From Camelus ferus (lineage: Eukaryota): 64,000 nucleotides of DNA. The notes under the pieces were generated by a model, which was given only the letters and a program-made list of their open reading frames with translations, was not told the DNA's origin and searched no databases. The position numbers and the translations under genes are program-made. The DNA lies in NCBI RefSeq assembly GCF_009834535.1, contig NC_045697.1:38938001-39002000 (forward strand), read 5' to 3'. The first letter of the stretch is position 1. Each line of letters begins with the position of its first letter. Positions 23,326 through 35,725 of this stretch are shown here, one piece after another.

Positions 23326-24139
23326 CCATCGGGGCACGACTCTCCCTATTAGTCACATACTCCCTCCTCCCTGGGACCAAGGATCTGGAGGAGACCCCAG
23401 GGAAACTCGGGAGATCATCACCTTCTAGAGTCAGGAATTATTTCCACAACGACCCTTCTCCCTTGTCCAGGGCCTTGCTGTCTTCATTCCTCTTTCCTCT
23501 CCCTTTTCTCCCTGAACTGAATGCTCTTGATGGTCAATGCAAGCAAGGTCCTCATGGCGAGGCCCTGGAGAAAAAAAACACAGATGGAATGGCTCCAGTG
23601 GAAAATGTATGTGTAGATGGGAGTTTTCTTGTTTTTTCCAACTCTCTTGGCTCTTAACTGTTGGGATTTCACTCAAAGTGGACTTTCCAGCCCTCAGCTG
23701 GCCCCTAGGCGAGAGACTTGTTTTCCCGTGTGCATCTCTCTTGAGCCTGCTAGTGGTCTCCCATGGATGCTTCTGGCTTCCAGGCTCCCGCAGCTCTGCC
23801 TGTTGGGCTTGAACAGCACCACCATTAGTGGAGAAGGATGCCCTGGCACAGCTCCGAGGGCATGTTCTGTACAACCTGAGAGAGGGCACATCCCTTGGGA
23901 AACAGGTTGTTTCACCCCCTGCAAAAACATCTACACCCTTAGAGTGCACAGTGTACTAGGGGAGAGGCCTCAGAGAGACCCAGGTCAAGACTTTGTTTGG
24001 TCTTGGGATGGATGAAAGGCTTAGCCAATGGCAGGAAAGCAATGAAACATGTTGAGAGTTTGAAAACCACTCTGAGAGCTAAGATGAACCTTCCATAAGT
24101 AGATTGGCTAGTGCCCTGAAGGGAAACAATTCTTTCCAT

Positions 24140-24670
24140 CTTTGGTCAATAAATAGGTACAGAGCACCTACCACAGACTGGACACTGTGTTAGGAGCTGA
24201 GATAATGCTGGTGAATAAGAGAAATAAGTTCTCTGCCCTTATGGAGCTTACAGTCTAGTGGAGGAAGCAGAAAATAAGTAAGGAAACCATTAAATAAAGA
24301 ACATTATAGACTAAGAAGTACCAGGGGGCAAACAGTGAGGTGATGGCAGGTAGGGGTGGCAGGAGGCCATTATGCTGCTGCTTGAGAGGAGGTGGTCAGA
24401 GATGGCCACACTGAGACAGTGATCTAAGCTGAGACCTGAAAGATAACAAGAAGCCAAATCTGTGAAATTCCAGGGGAACAATGTATGCAAAGGCCACAAG
24501 GCATAAAGCGGGTGGCATGTGTGAGGCCCAAAAGGGTCACCACTGTGGCTGGAGGACAGGGAGTGGAAGAGAGGGAAGAGGTCAGGACTCACAAGTCCTG
24601 ATGGGTTACCATAGAGTCTGGCTTTTATCCTGAGGGGAGTAAGGAAATCTTTCAAGTTTTAAATGTAGAT
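24140..24670 (-). mobile_element. L2 3' end
   Basis: gagcacctacc...cactgtgttaggagctgagata...ctgcccttatggagcttacagtctagtgg...ctgagacctgaaagat. Confidence 0.85.
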
Positions 24671-25559
24671 GGAAAGGATTCTGAATAGACCTCACCTCAG
24701 CTAAGACCTCCCTACACTGACCATTCAACTCCCCCAATTACTGGGCCCTAGTTTTAAATAAGCTTTTCTCTGCTTTCATGCTAAATAGTAGAAATTGGGC
24801 TGTCAGAAATTCCAGAGACCCACGAGATTCCTGAAAGGACTGGGCCATGTTAAGTCAACTTTCATAAGTTTCCATCGGTTTGTCTGCTGTTAAGGTGTTG
24901 GAATTCAGCGTTAAAGGCCCCATCTGTCTGAGGCCTGACAAAGCAGAAGAGAAGCACAGAGCGGATCACCGATCTCACTGCGTCTGGAATAAAGATCAAC
25001 CAGCTGCTCTTTCCATTCAAAGTGCAGATTTCCTTTCCTGCCTCCTCTTGCTTAACAACTAAAGTTAGGCAACCCACTGAACTGGCGAATGACACGTTCA
25101 CCAAAAATCTATCTGGGCATATTTTCATTATGTGCCAAAGCTACAATTAGCCCTAATTAAGGCTCACCCATCTGCTCCCCATTGCCCCACCCCCACCCAC
25201 AGAGGGCAATCCAACCCACTCCCCACCTGTAACCCAGAAAAATAGAAACTGCTTTATGAGAACATGTGGACCCAGAGCCCTTTTACAGAGTAATCATCTG
25301 TGTTTTGTTCTCTATAACACTGGCTGGGGCAACGGGGCATGTAAAACAGGTTGACACCTTGAAGAGATGTAGGGAACGTATCTGTCCCCACTGGAAAGGT
25401 GGGATTCTGGCCCACTTTCCTTCCTGCTGAAGGATTGTCTTTCTTTCATTGCTTAAAAGATTCCTGGCTCCTGCTTGACTTTTTTTTCTTTCATTTGTCC
25501 CATGAATATTTACTAAGCAATTAATATACGTTATGCAAAAATGTATGAGTCTTTTCTGT

Positions 25560-25745
25560 AGAGTAGAAAGGGTATGAATTCTGAAGATAAAAGACCTCAG
25601 TGTTGAGTCCAGGAGATTTCACTTGCCTGGGGCAAAACATTTTACCTCCCAAGGTTTTGGTATCTGCTTTGGCAACATAAAGGCTGCTCTGAGGATCAAA
25701 TATAATGATGAGTATGAACGTTCTGTAAAGTGCTTTAAAATGGTA
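25560..25745 (+). mobile_element. MIR fragment
   Basis: gagtagaaagggtatgaattctgaag...ggggcaaaacattttacctccc...tgaggatcaaat...tgtaaagtgcttt. Confidence 0.55.
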
Positions 25746-25809
25746 ATTGGTTTTTGAGGATATTGCATTTGTTTTGACAGGGATCTCCTTGTGGTCACTC
25801 ACAACCTCT

Positions 25810-27141
25810 AGCCAAAGGAAGCTAAGAGAAGTTAAGCTTCACTTGTTCATGCCTCATCCAAGGCCCATTGAGCAGCCCTCACAATGTGTTCCAATGGTTA
25901 TGTCTTTATAAAGTTTGGAAAATAAAGATATTTCAACAACAATGGTCTTAAGACCACCATGTCTTTCCTCTCCGACTTTCTCACTTTCAGTCTTTTCCTA
26001 CTGAGTAGCGATGAGTGTCTGCAGGCATTTTCGTTATCTGGCTAAAGAGAAGTTGAGTTGAGGATATATAAAGTTTGGATTGACTGGACCTACATTTCTG
26101 TGGTTTGTAGTCACTTCCATGTTTGGTTATGTTATTACCAGGCCTCCTGGTATAGAAGTGGCTTCTAGGAATACTCCTAACCCTACCATGCCAGCTCATC
26201 TGGCACCATCACTTGAAAGTGCAGAGCCAAGGGGAAATTGTGACAAGAGCGTGTCCCATGGTACCCAGCACCAGAAATAGTTGTTAGTAATGGAGGAGAA
26301 ATAAGGTTTGGAAAGTAGGGGACCAAAAGCTAGTCTTCAGAAAGTTCTTACAGTTATCAGATGTGTACAGTTGTATGTGAAAGGCTCAGTTCTCATGGAA
26401 ACCTACTTAAAAGTTTGCTACTTCCAAAATATACTTGATGGTACAGTGTATGCAAGTGTTAATGCATCACATTTTTTTCTTTTTTGATGGGAATCTTGCA
26501 AAATACAATTGATCACAATTCCTAGGTTTATAGGATATATACCTGGAGCAGTATTATCAATGGCAAGCACATCTCTATATAAGGTCTTATGTTTTATGCA
26601 TCAGATCAGATCACCTCTTAGCACATCTGATGTTTCTTGTGCTGAAAAGGTCTGTTGGTTGATGAAAACAAACAGCATTGCCATAAACACAGCAAAATGG
26701 CCTGAAGAAGCAATGTTCCTATATCAAAAGTCCCACAAGTATTCATTAATAAGTCAATATAAGTAATATAAAAATAATTTGATTACATAATTATATAGAT
26801 CAATACAAGAAGCAATTTAAAATTGCTCTTCTGTATACCTCAATTTCAGATTAATTTTATGTGTTTTTTAGAATTACTGAGATATAAAAATGATCCCAAA
26901 ATTTTATAGAAGCATGTTGGACAGTTAATGAAAAAAAATTTTTTTTTTTAGATTTGTTGATGTTTGTAATATTTGCCAGCCTTTTTACATTAGAAAATTA
27001 CTATAATATATTTTTTCATTCTAAGATATTTTTGTGTGTTCTTTATACCTATTTAGTTTTGTATTTATAATTTCATATTTTTCTAACAAGAGCCCCCAAA
27101 TTGTATAAGCTTTGGGCACATCAAAGCCTGGATCCACCCTG
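25810..27141 (+). mobile_element. Zaphod/MER115-type hAT-Tip100 DNA transposon, internally deleted
   Basis: 5' motifs aagttgagttgaggata...gtcacttcc...ggcttctaggaatactccta...ggaggagaaataaggtttg and terminus gagcccccaaattgtataagctt...cctggatccaccctg; no transposase ORF left. Confidence 0.8.
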
Positions 27142-27823
27142 CCTGATTGGTGCAAAATGTTGTTAGTCCACCATGTTATAAACATGAGTCCAGTATCCCT
27201 TCCCAACTCACTGCTGCCCCCTTCACCAAGAGCTGTAAGCCCAGCCATGCACGTTGCAAGTCCCAGGGCCTCCCACCCAGGTCAAGAAGTCTCGCCAGAG
27301 TCTGTCAATAAATGATTCTCATTAACACGTTCCTGAAAGTAAGGATTAGGGTAGGATGCCCAGAGAGGCTAAGGAAGGAAGAAATCTGCAGAGATTACCA
27401 AGGCAAATGCCTCTCAGATAAAAGCCATCCCAAGCCAGCTCACAGTGAAGATACTAAAAGATTGTTTATACATCTCACCCTGCGCTACTATCTCAAACAA
27501 CAATAACCATAGGGAAATATCTCTGTGGTGGAAAATGCTGGTTGTCTGCCAAAATCCATCTCCACTTCTTCCATAGACACAGATTTTAGGCCAAACATAT
27601 GAGCACTCGTGTAGAGATTCCAGTTCCCAGCCTCCTTTTGCAGATGGCTGTAGCCATGTGACTGCATTCACCAATGGTACATGAGCAGGAGAGATGTGTG
27701 TAACTCGTGATTGGTTTGCTTTTTAAAAGAAATTGCTCCCCTGGACTTTCTCCTTTTCCCTCCCTGCCAGCTGGAAAGTGACAGGTCTCACCTTTAAACA
27801 TGTAGATGAGAACAAGGCACTCA

Positions 27824-28903
27824 GCCCGATGTTCCTAAACTTTCTAGTGCATAGCACTCATATGTCTCAGTAATTTTACCATGGTGCTCCTGGGCCAAAA
27901 GAAAGAACAAATAGTTCTGTTTTTTAAATCACTTTGTCCAAACAACCTCATAAGTGCTTGTGTCCTAACCACTTAGTGTCAAGAACTGTAAAGGGTCTGA
28001 GATTTTATCCTATTTGTAAACTAATGAGTTAGCCAGCCACAGTTTCATGGGTGTTGGCAGAAGAAATGAGACTCCTGGGTCAGAGATGAAGGAATGCATT
28101 ACTCATGGCAGTGGCAATAGTCAGAGTGTCAACATGGGATCTGGTTTCCTGAGCCCCAGTTCCTATGGGGCTGTGCAAAGAGGGTGATGTGACACCTGCA
28201 CGTGCCATGGGCTGTGTTACAGGAGAGGTAACCTGAATCATAGGTTACTGAGATTTGGCAACCTGAATCTTTGATCATGGGTAGTAAGGCTGCCTGACCT
28301 TTGCCCTGGAGGGTGACAATATTTCTACTGTACTATACAGTCAGTAGCCCTGTTCTGTGTTCCAGAGAGTCACTATCCCTGTCTCCCAAACTTATTAGCT
28401 ATACAAACTACCTTGAAAAAACTGCCTGGATTAAAGGTAGTCAGTGCCTCTGCTTCAAACATGCAAAACCATGAGAGATCCATGGGGAACTGTCTCCCAG
28501 CATTTAATGGGCATCTGCAACAAATGATATGTGTAAATTGAAGGGAAAATGTTTTACCTTTTAACAACTGCAGTCACTTAGTGATGGGATGTGTACACTA
28601 CAGGACGCTGCACAGCTCCTCAAGCCTTGGAATCAGATCGGACACCCCATTCCCTGTTCCACACGGATTTGCTTGCTTTTTATCACAGCAGCCACCAAAA
28701 ATCTAGCTTCCCAAAGATATGAGGTCATTAAAAGGAAAGCCGTGCTAACATTAAAACTGAACTACCTCAAGCTAGTAGTTTATGTTATGTCTGTTGGATA
28801 TTGAGGATCACTGTTTTTCCTCAAAAATTTGACACATCCTGTGGTGGTCCTGCGAGTTCACTGAGGCTCTTTGGGACAACCTGGTGCACAGTTTGGGAGC
28901 GGC
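27824..28903. mobile_element. MER119-type hAT-Charlie element, split by an LTR
   Basis: gttcctaaactttct...tgtctcagtaatttt...ggccaaaagaaa and ccttggaatcagatcggacacc...aactacctcaagctagtagtt...gcacagtttggga. Confidence 0.8.
27977..28502 (-). mobile_element. ERVL solo LTR (MER74/MER54 family)
   Basis: tgtcaagaactgtaaagggtctgagattttatcc...cacagtttcatgg...gagactcctgggtcagaga; ends ccatggggaactgtctcccagca. Confidence 0.85.
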
Positions 28904-29088
28904 AATCCTAAGCAACAGTGGGAGAAGCATTGACTGAATGACTTCGCAGAGTAGTGCAGTCTTGACAGCCTAGACCGATGGTTGTCATATCAGAGAAATA
29001 AACTTCTATCCTCTTTCAGCCAAATGTGTGGGGGGTTTTGTTGCAGTAGCATAGCCTTTATCCTAACGAGTACAATCTCCTACATAAT

Positions 29089-29230
29089 GGGGGAGGGTGT
29101 AGCTCAGTGGTAGAGTGTGTGCTTAGCATGCATGAGGTCTTGGGTTCAATCCCCAGCACCTCCGTGAAAAAATAAATAAACCTAATTACCTCCCCCTCCA
29201 AAAAAAGTAGAAATTAAAAAAAAATTTTAA
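29089..29230 (+). mobile_element. tRNA-Ala-derived SINE (Vic-1 type)
   Basis: gggggagggtgtagctcagtggtagag...cttagcatg...gggttcaatccccagcacctcc plus aataaacctaattacctcccc; TSD tcctacat(a/g)at. Confidence 0.93.
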
Positions 29231-29870
29231 CTGTCCTACATGATACTGTGTCTCATAATGTAATATTTGATGACACATTCTGACATTGTGGAAAAAATGA
29301 TTTCCTATGTGTGTCTTTTGTCTTCCCAATCTCAGTCATCACCACAATCAACATTTATTGAGCCCCTGCTATGCCCTGGCACTGGACTGAACAACCTGTC
29401 AAAATTCAAGTCCATTTCTATGTTCCTCAGTCCCCTCAACTGCAGGCCAGCTGCTCTTGACCCTTTAGCCAATTCTAAGCAAGTCCCCTTCCCGTTTAGC
29501 AAGATGTCTGGAAGTTGCACTGATGACTTACTCCCAGGAGTAGGTGGTGTGCCTTCATTGCTGGCTGGGCTTGGGTCTAATGCTCAATGAAGAGAACTTG
29601 AGTGATCTGGAGTAAACATGTGGATCAGTCCTTTTTGGCCAATCTGGACTAAGAAACTTCAGACCAAAAGCCAACCTGACGCATCCAGCAGGACACAGAG
29701 AATGTATCCAGAAAGAAGCATGTGGGCGGCAAGATAGAGAGTACTTGTTTTCATTGCCTAGTGCTGAGCTGGCCTACGCTGTTGCTGGGGGAGTGAGCAC
29801 TGGGTGTGTCTGTGAAGAAAGGAACCAGGAAAAAGAACAGACTCTGGTCTGTCAGAGATCAAAGGGGGAA

Positions 29871-30047
29871 GGAGAAAGGATATAGCTCACTGGTAGAGCA
29901 TGTGCTTAGCATGTACGAGATGCTGGGTTCAATCCCAGTACCTCCATATAAATAAATACATACATACATACATACATACATACATACATACTTAATTGCC
30001 TCCCCTACCCCCAAAATAAAAATTAATTAATCAGTTTTTTAAAAAAA
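29871..30047 (+). mobile_element. tRNA-Ala-derived SINE (Vic-1 type) with internal (TACA)n expansion
   Basis: tatagctcactggtagagcatgtgcttagcatgtacgag...gggttcaatccc; (taca)n at ~29957-29990; ttaattgcctcccc. Confidence 0.9.
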
Positions 30048-30335
30048 GAAATTGAAGGGAGAAAAGAGCAGAAGTATCAGAAGCATGACTGGGCTGGCCT
30101 TGGGTAGAGCTGGGGTAAGTGGGCCCTTTGTCCACTTACTACATGGGTCTCTTTCTCTCTCTCTCACACGTGGGTCTCTCTCTCTCTCTCTCACATGTGC
30201 AAACACACACACACACACTCACACACACACACAGAGCTAGGAATGGGCCCTGACACCCTCCAGTTCTGCAGCAGCATGGAAAGAGAAGAGAGTACTGAGT
30301 TTCAGTCTTCCCACACTCAAAATGAGGGACATTTT

Positions 30336-30541
30336 TTTTTAATTGAAGTACAGTCAGTTACAATGTGTCAATTTCTGGTGTACAGCACAATGACCCAAAC
30401 ATGCATATATGTACATATATTCATTTTCATATTCTTTTTCATTAAAGTTTACTACAAGATATTGAATATAGTTCCCTGTGCTATACAGAAGAAATTTGCT
30501 TTTTATCTATTTTCATATATAGTGGTTAATATGTACAAATA
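30336..30541 (-). mobile_element. L1 3'UTR, 5'-truncated (camelid-type)
   Basis: Same type as 3270-3530; perfect 17-bp TSD aaaatgagggacatttt at 30319-30335 and 30542-30558, followed by aa (TTTT/AA endonuclease site). Confidence 0.92.
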
Positions 30542-30959
30542 AAAATGAGGGACATTTTAATGTACATTGAGCATTCATAAATTTGACCCAGTAAGAGTCC
30601 TAGAATTTGAACAATCCATGCCAGCTTTCTTCTTGAGGGCAGCACAGGGAAGAGGAGAAAGATGATGGAGAAGGGTGCTTTGCCTCTCTTAAAGAATATA
30701 CTATATAATACTCATGGTTTAATTACAGCAGGAAGAGTTCATTTACCTAATGATCTCAGACAGGTTGAAATAAAGCAAGATTTTTGGTAAACTCTAAATA
30801 AATGGAGAAAATTTGTTTTTGATTTCTGGTTTCAAAATTCACTGTTACATGTTATTATTTTTAGCTTGCAGATTGGCTTAAACTGCTGTTTTGTTGAAAC
30901 ACTACTATTATTTAATTAAAAGAAGTATACAAGCAATAAAAAGAATCAAGCAGTACAAC

Positions 30960-31610
30960 TCTTAGCCAATATGCTGGGTGAAAAATAATATGTTGTTTTG
31001 ATTTGCACTTCTTTAATGATGAGTGAATTTGAGCATCTCTTCCAACGTTGAAAAGCTTTTTCTGTGAACTGCCTATTCATACCCTTCATCCATTTTTTTC
31101 TTTCTATGTTGTTGGTATTTTTCTTATTGTTTTGTTAGAGTTCTTTGTATATAAAGGAAATTAGCATTTTGTCTGGCATAATTGTTTTAAGTATTTTTTT
31201 GAGGTTTTACCTTGTTAAAGGTATTTTTTCCAGGCAGAAATTTTTGATAATTTAATATTCTTTTTTATGAATTCAAGGTTACATGTCTTTTTCTCATTCT
31301 GGGATTTTAAATAATTTTTCCAATGTTTTCTTCTAATAGTTTATAGGTTATACTTTTTAGGTTCGCATCTTTTCTCCATTTGAAATTTGTTTCAGTGTAG
31401 AGCATTAACTGGAGACTTAGCTTTGTTTTTCTCCAGATAGCCAGCCAATTTTCACAGCACTATTTACTAAAAAAATCCTTGTTTCTTCTGATTTGAAATG
31501 CCACCTTTATCATACCCTAAACTTTCAGTTTTGGGGCTGGTTTCTGAGTTCCCTTTCCTGAGGCATTGATTTGGCAATTCATGGTTCAGTACTGACCTGT
31601 TTTAATTAGA
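30960..31610 (-). mobile_element. Ancient L1 (L1ME-type) ORF2 relic
   Basis: tttgatttgcacttctttaatgatgagtgaatttgagcatctctt...tctgtgaactgcctattcatacc...gccaattttcacagcactattta. Confidence 0.8.
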
Positions 31611-31683
31611 TAGCAGCTGTATTAAATTCGAAAGACCATACTATTTGTCTCCTATCAGTTGTACAAAGATAATATCTTACTTC

Positions 31684-32045
31684 TTTATTAAAGTATAGTT
31701 GCTTGTACAATATTATATAAGTTACAGGTGTACAATATGGTGATTCACAATTTTTAAAGGTTATATTCCATCTATAGTTATTGCAAAATATTGTCTATAT
31801 TCCCTGTGTTGTACAATATATCCTTATAGTTTATTTTAAACCTAATAGTTTGTACCTCTTATTCCCCTGTCCCTGTACTGCCCACCTGCCCCCCCTCACT
31901 GGAAACCACTAGTTTGTTCTCTGTATCTGTGAGTTTTCTTCTTTTTTTGGTTATATTCACTGGTTTGTTTTAGATTTTTTTAGATTCCACATATAAGAGA
32001 TAACATACAGTATTTGCCTTTCCCTTCCTGACTTATTTCACTTTA
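31684..32045 (-). mobile_element. L1 3' end (laurasiatherian-type)
   Basis: aagtatagttg...caggtgtacaatatggtgattcacaatttttaaagg...tagattccacatataag...tgacttatttcactt. Confidence 0.88.
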
Positions 32046-32129
32046 GCTTACATTTACTGCTGATTTTTTTTCACTGCTTTCGAACCTTAAAATTGATCAT
32101 TTCAAATTTCTCAACCTGAGATATTCAGC

Positions 32130-32340
32130 TCTATTACTAAGCACTTTACAAAATTAGTTCACTAAAAGTGTGCAACAACTCAAAGGTAAGTACTACTATG
32201 ATCCCATTTTATAGGTAATAGAAATGAGGCACAGGAGAGATTATACAGTTTGCTCAAGGTCACAGCTAGAAAGTGGTGGAGCCATGATTATAACTTAGGT
32301 AATTTGGAGCCATAGCTTGTGTTCTTAACTACCGTACTTT
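32130..32340 (-). mobile_element. MIR SINE
   Basis: cccattttataggtaatagaaatgaggcacagg...tttgctcaaggtcacagctag. Confidence 0.8.
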
Positions 32341-32389
32341 ACAGGCTCTATAAAGAAAAAAACTCGGGGAGGGAAGCTGTCAATGTGCA

Positions 32390-32730
32390 CTCTAGGCAAG
32401 GATGTAAGAAAAAACACTCTCTCTTATTAAATACTTAAATTGTTACAAATTTTCTAGAAAATAATTTGTTGCTATACATCAACATTTTAAATACACATAT
32501 CTTTTGACAGCAATTCAACTTGTAAGAATTTACCCCAATGATCTAAGAGTTCAGAGACACAGAGGCGTGTCTATTGGGATGGTCACCACTGCATTGTCTA
32601 TAATGGTGAAACACTGGAAGTAACTGAAATGTCCATCAAGAGGGGATTGGTTAAATAAATTATGCTACATCTGTACAATGCAATCAGCAAAAAGGATCAT
32701 GGGTATCTAAATTCTCAGACATGGAAGTCT
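32390..32730 (+). mobile_element. Ancient L1 (L1ME-type) fragment
   Basis: cttttgacagcaattcaacttgtaagaatttacc...aaatgtccatcaagaggggattggttaaataaattatg. Confidence 0.75.
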
Positions 32731-33091
32731 CCCAGGTCCACTGTGGAATCATTAGTATAAAGCTTCTCTAGTCACAGGGCTGACTTACATGGAGATAAAG
32801 TTGGTGGTTGCCTGGTAATGACAAATCTGAGACTCAGAGAAACTCCCTGCCCACCTTCACTTCAAAATACCTCTCCTACTCATGCTTGATAATCTCCCAC
32901 ACATGCCTTTTGGTTGATCTCTGCTACTCAACTCCCGCTCCCACACTGCAGTGATAGTCTAGGAAGGCATTAACCAATCTTCTCTTACTGCCTATCATAA
33001 AGGCATGCTTTCATTTCACAAGACTTGAGACTGGCAGCATGAGAACATCAAGTATATTAGTAAGAGCCTAAAACAAACAGGCAAATAGCAT

Positions 33092-33205
33092 GGAGGGTAT
33101 AGCTCAGTGGTAGAGCGTGTGCTTAGCATGCATGAGATTCTGGGTTCAATCCCTAGAACCTCCATTAAAAACAATAATAAATAAATCTAATTATCCCCCT
33201 CTAAA
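33092..33205 (+). mobile_element. tRNA-Ala-derived SINE (Vic-1 type)
   Basis: ggagggtatagctcagtggtagagcgtgtgcttagcatgcatgagattctgggttcaatccc...aataaatctaattatccccc. Confidence 0.92.
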
Positions 33206-33455
33206 AAGAGCCAAATAAAGGCAAAAGGAGGAAAATAGAGATTGCTGAACACCTGTGAGGACAATGGAAACTCATCTCATGTGTGAGTGAGATTCAGAGG
33301 CAAGCATGTTTAGTAAAATGCATAGGGTTAAAGTGAATCTTGAAAATTCCTTAAATCCCTCAGAAAATACCATATACATAGAGTCATGTATATGTTGATG
33401 TAAAACATACACCTTGCATATGTGATAAAAATGATAAATAAAAAGAGTATTTCAG

Positions 33456-33605
33456 GGGGAAGGTATAGCTTAGGAGCAGAGCACATGCCTGGCATGCATG
33501 AGTTCCTGGGTTCAATCCCAAGTACTTCCATTAAAAAAAAACTTGATTCCCTTCCCCCCCCACCAAAAAAAAGGGGGGGGGGAATGAAAACAACAACAAC
33601 AAAAA
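33456..33605 (+). mobile_element. tRNA-Ala-derived SINE (Vic-1 type, diverged)
   Basis: ggggaaggtatagctt...gcatgcatgagttcctgggttcaatcccaagtacttcca; TSD agtatttcagg. Confidence 0.88.
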
Positions 33606-33659
33606 AGTATTTCAGGGTGTTTAATTATATAAAAGAGAGCAAAGGAGAAAAAAGGGAAG

Positions 33660-33900
33660 TATTGAATTTACGTAAGTTAATCGTGTGTGTGATACAGCTC
33701 TTATGGTACTTACATAATTTAATACTGTCAGCAACACTGAAAGGCAATCACTATTAGCCTCATTTTGTAGAAAAGTAACTTAGGCTCAGAAAGGTTAATT
33801 GATGTTCCCAAAGTCATATAGCTAGTAAATGCCAGAGACAGGACTTGAACCCAGATGTACCTGGCACCAAGGTCAGTTTTTTCCACTTCACCACACTGCC
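33660..33900 (-). mobile_element. MIR SINE
   Basis: cctcattttgtagaaaagtaacttaggctcagaaaggttaa...cccaaagtcatatagctagtaaatg...ggacttgaacccag. Confidence 0.8.
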
Positions 33901-34177
33901 ATGCTTCTTGATCCCTGCCCCAACAAGGTCCAGGAGCCCCTCAATTTATGAACTTTCGCCCTAAATTGGCCCTGGTCTTACCTATATGAATGTTAAATAT
34001 GGATGTTTAACATGGATGTTTAAATGATATGTAATGGACAATATCATGGTGTCTTTTATAGGGAGACAATGTGAGAAACAACCTCTCCAACAGACCCAAA
34101 TTCACATATCACTTCAAAATTAGCATTCAAAACAAAATAAAGCCCTTTTAATATTCCTTTTGAGTTTACTATTTCTT

Positions 34178-35107
34178 TTTTTGTATATATATTTTTATTG
34201 AAGATAGTCATTTTACAATATTGTGTCAATTTCTGATGTACAGCATAATACTTCAGTCATACATGAACATTACATATTCATTTTCATATTCTTTTTCACC
34301 ATCAGTTACTACAAGAGATTGAATATAGTTCCCTGTGCTATACAGTATGAACTTCTTGTTTATTTTATATATATTAGTATCTGCAAATCTCGAACTCTCT
34401 ATTTATCACTTCCCACCCCTTCCCCTCGGTCACCATAAGTTTGTTTCCTATGTCTGTGAGTTTGTTTCTCTTTTGTAAATAAGTTTATTTGTGTGCATGT
34501 GTGTTTTTCTAGATTCCACATATGGGTAATGTCATATGGTATTTTTCTTCTCTCTCTGGCTTACTTCACTTAGAATGACAATCTCCAGGTCCATCCATGT
34601 TGCTGCAAATGATATTATTTTATTCTTTTTTATGGCTGGGTACTATTCTATTGTATAAATATACCACAACCTCTTTATCCAGTCATCTGTCGATGGATAT
34701 TTAGGTTGTTTCCATGTCTTGGCTATTGTAAATAGTGCTGCTATGAACACTGAGGTGCCTGTATCTTTTTGAATTAAGATTTTCTCTGAATATATGCCCA
34801 GCAGTGGGATTGCTGGATCATATGATAAGTCTATTTTTAGTCTTTGAGGAATCTCCATACTGTTTTCCATAATGACTCCACCAAACTACATTCCCACCAA
34901 CAGTGTAGGAGGGTTACCCTTTCTCCATACCCTCTCCAGCAATTTATCATTTGTGGACTCTTGAATGATGGCCATTCTGACTGGTGTGAAGTGATACCTC
35001 ATTGTAGTTTTGATTTGCATTTCTCTGATTATTAGCAATACTGAACATTTTTTTCATGTGCCTATTAGCCATTTGTGTATCTCCATCAGAGAATTGCTTT
35101 GTTTCTG
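34178..35107 (-). mobile_element. L1 ORF2 C-terminus plus 3'UTR (camelid-type)
   Basis: Minus [30 protein letters not shown]...FIAALFTIAKTWKQPK; perfect 18-bp TSD ttgagtttactatttctt at 34160-34177 and 35108-35125. Confidence 0.94.
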
Positions 35108-35269
35108 TTGAGTTTACTATTTCTTATTACTTGCTTTCCATCCAAAATTTGGATGGATTTCAGGCTCAATTATGAACTCTAAAAACTAGGCTGGGGACAG
35201 AAAATATGATGACTTTTGCCCAGGTGGAATAGGAGAACTGGAATTTAGCCTCTGAATAAATCTTGGAAC

Positions 35270-35725
35270 ATTAAAGAACTGCCCTGTCCATAAACCATGA
35301 GCCAGAAAACTCTTCCCACTGGCCTGGGGAAGTAGATATGGCAGCTTGCCTTCTGTCCAAGACTTTGAGTATTAAAAGTACACATCACTGGTGAGAAATC
35401 AAAGCCCCAATTCTGGGCTTTACACTACCTATGTGCTGCAGGAACTCTAGGCATATAAGGTAATAAATTAATCTAAAAACTGCTCATGACCATCTAAACT
35501 CTCCAGGGTCTTGCAAAATCAAAAAAGAAACCTCTCAGTAAAGATAATTCTACTATCCAGGGCTCATGAGAAATTCACAGCAAAAACAATTTTGGCTGAA
35601 GATGAGTTTACAACCAAAAATTCACATCTCATTGATGTGATTTGCACCACTCTTAGGAAGAGATGAAAACCCCAACAAAAAGAGACTTAGTATTTCAGAA
35701 TTGGAAATAGTCAAACAATCTAAAG
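35270..35725 (+). mobile_element. HAL1/ancient L1 5'-region fragment
   Basis: aaattaatctaaaaactg...gctgaagatgagtttacaaccaaaaattcac...ttcagaattggaaatag resembles the HAL1 5' region. Confidence 0.5.

Larger units (their letters stand above)
27524..29074 (+). mobile_element. MaLR solo LTR (MLT1J/I-like) split into ~27524-27823 and ~28905-29074
   Basis: ttcccagcctccttttgcagatggctgtagccatgtgact; 3' end gagaaataaacttctatc...tttgttgcagtagc...cctaacgagtaca. Confidence 0.75.

Noticed and set aside
23316..24015. Dense overlapping ORFs on both strands
   Set aside because: Expected in GC-richer sequence with few stops; none is protein-like.
29093..29164. Apparent tRNA-Ala(AGC) gene (also at 33092 and 50185-50258)
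   Set aside because: CpG-decay substitutions, SINE body, A-tail and TSD mark these as SINE heads, not tRNA genes.
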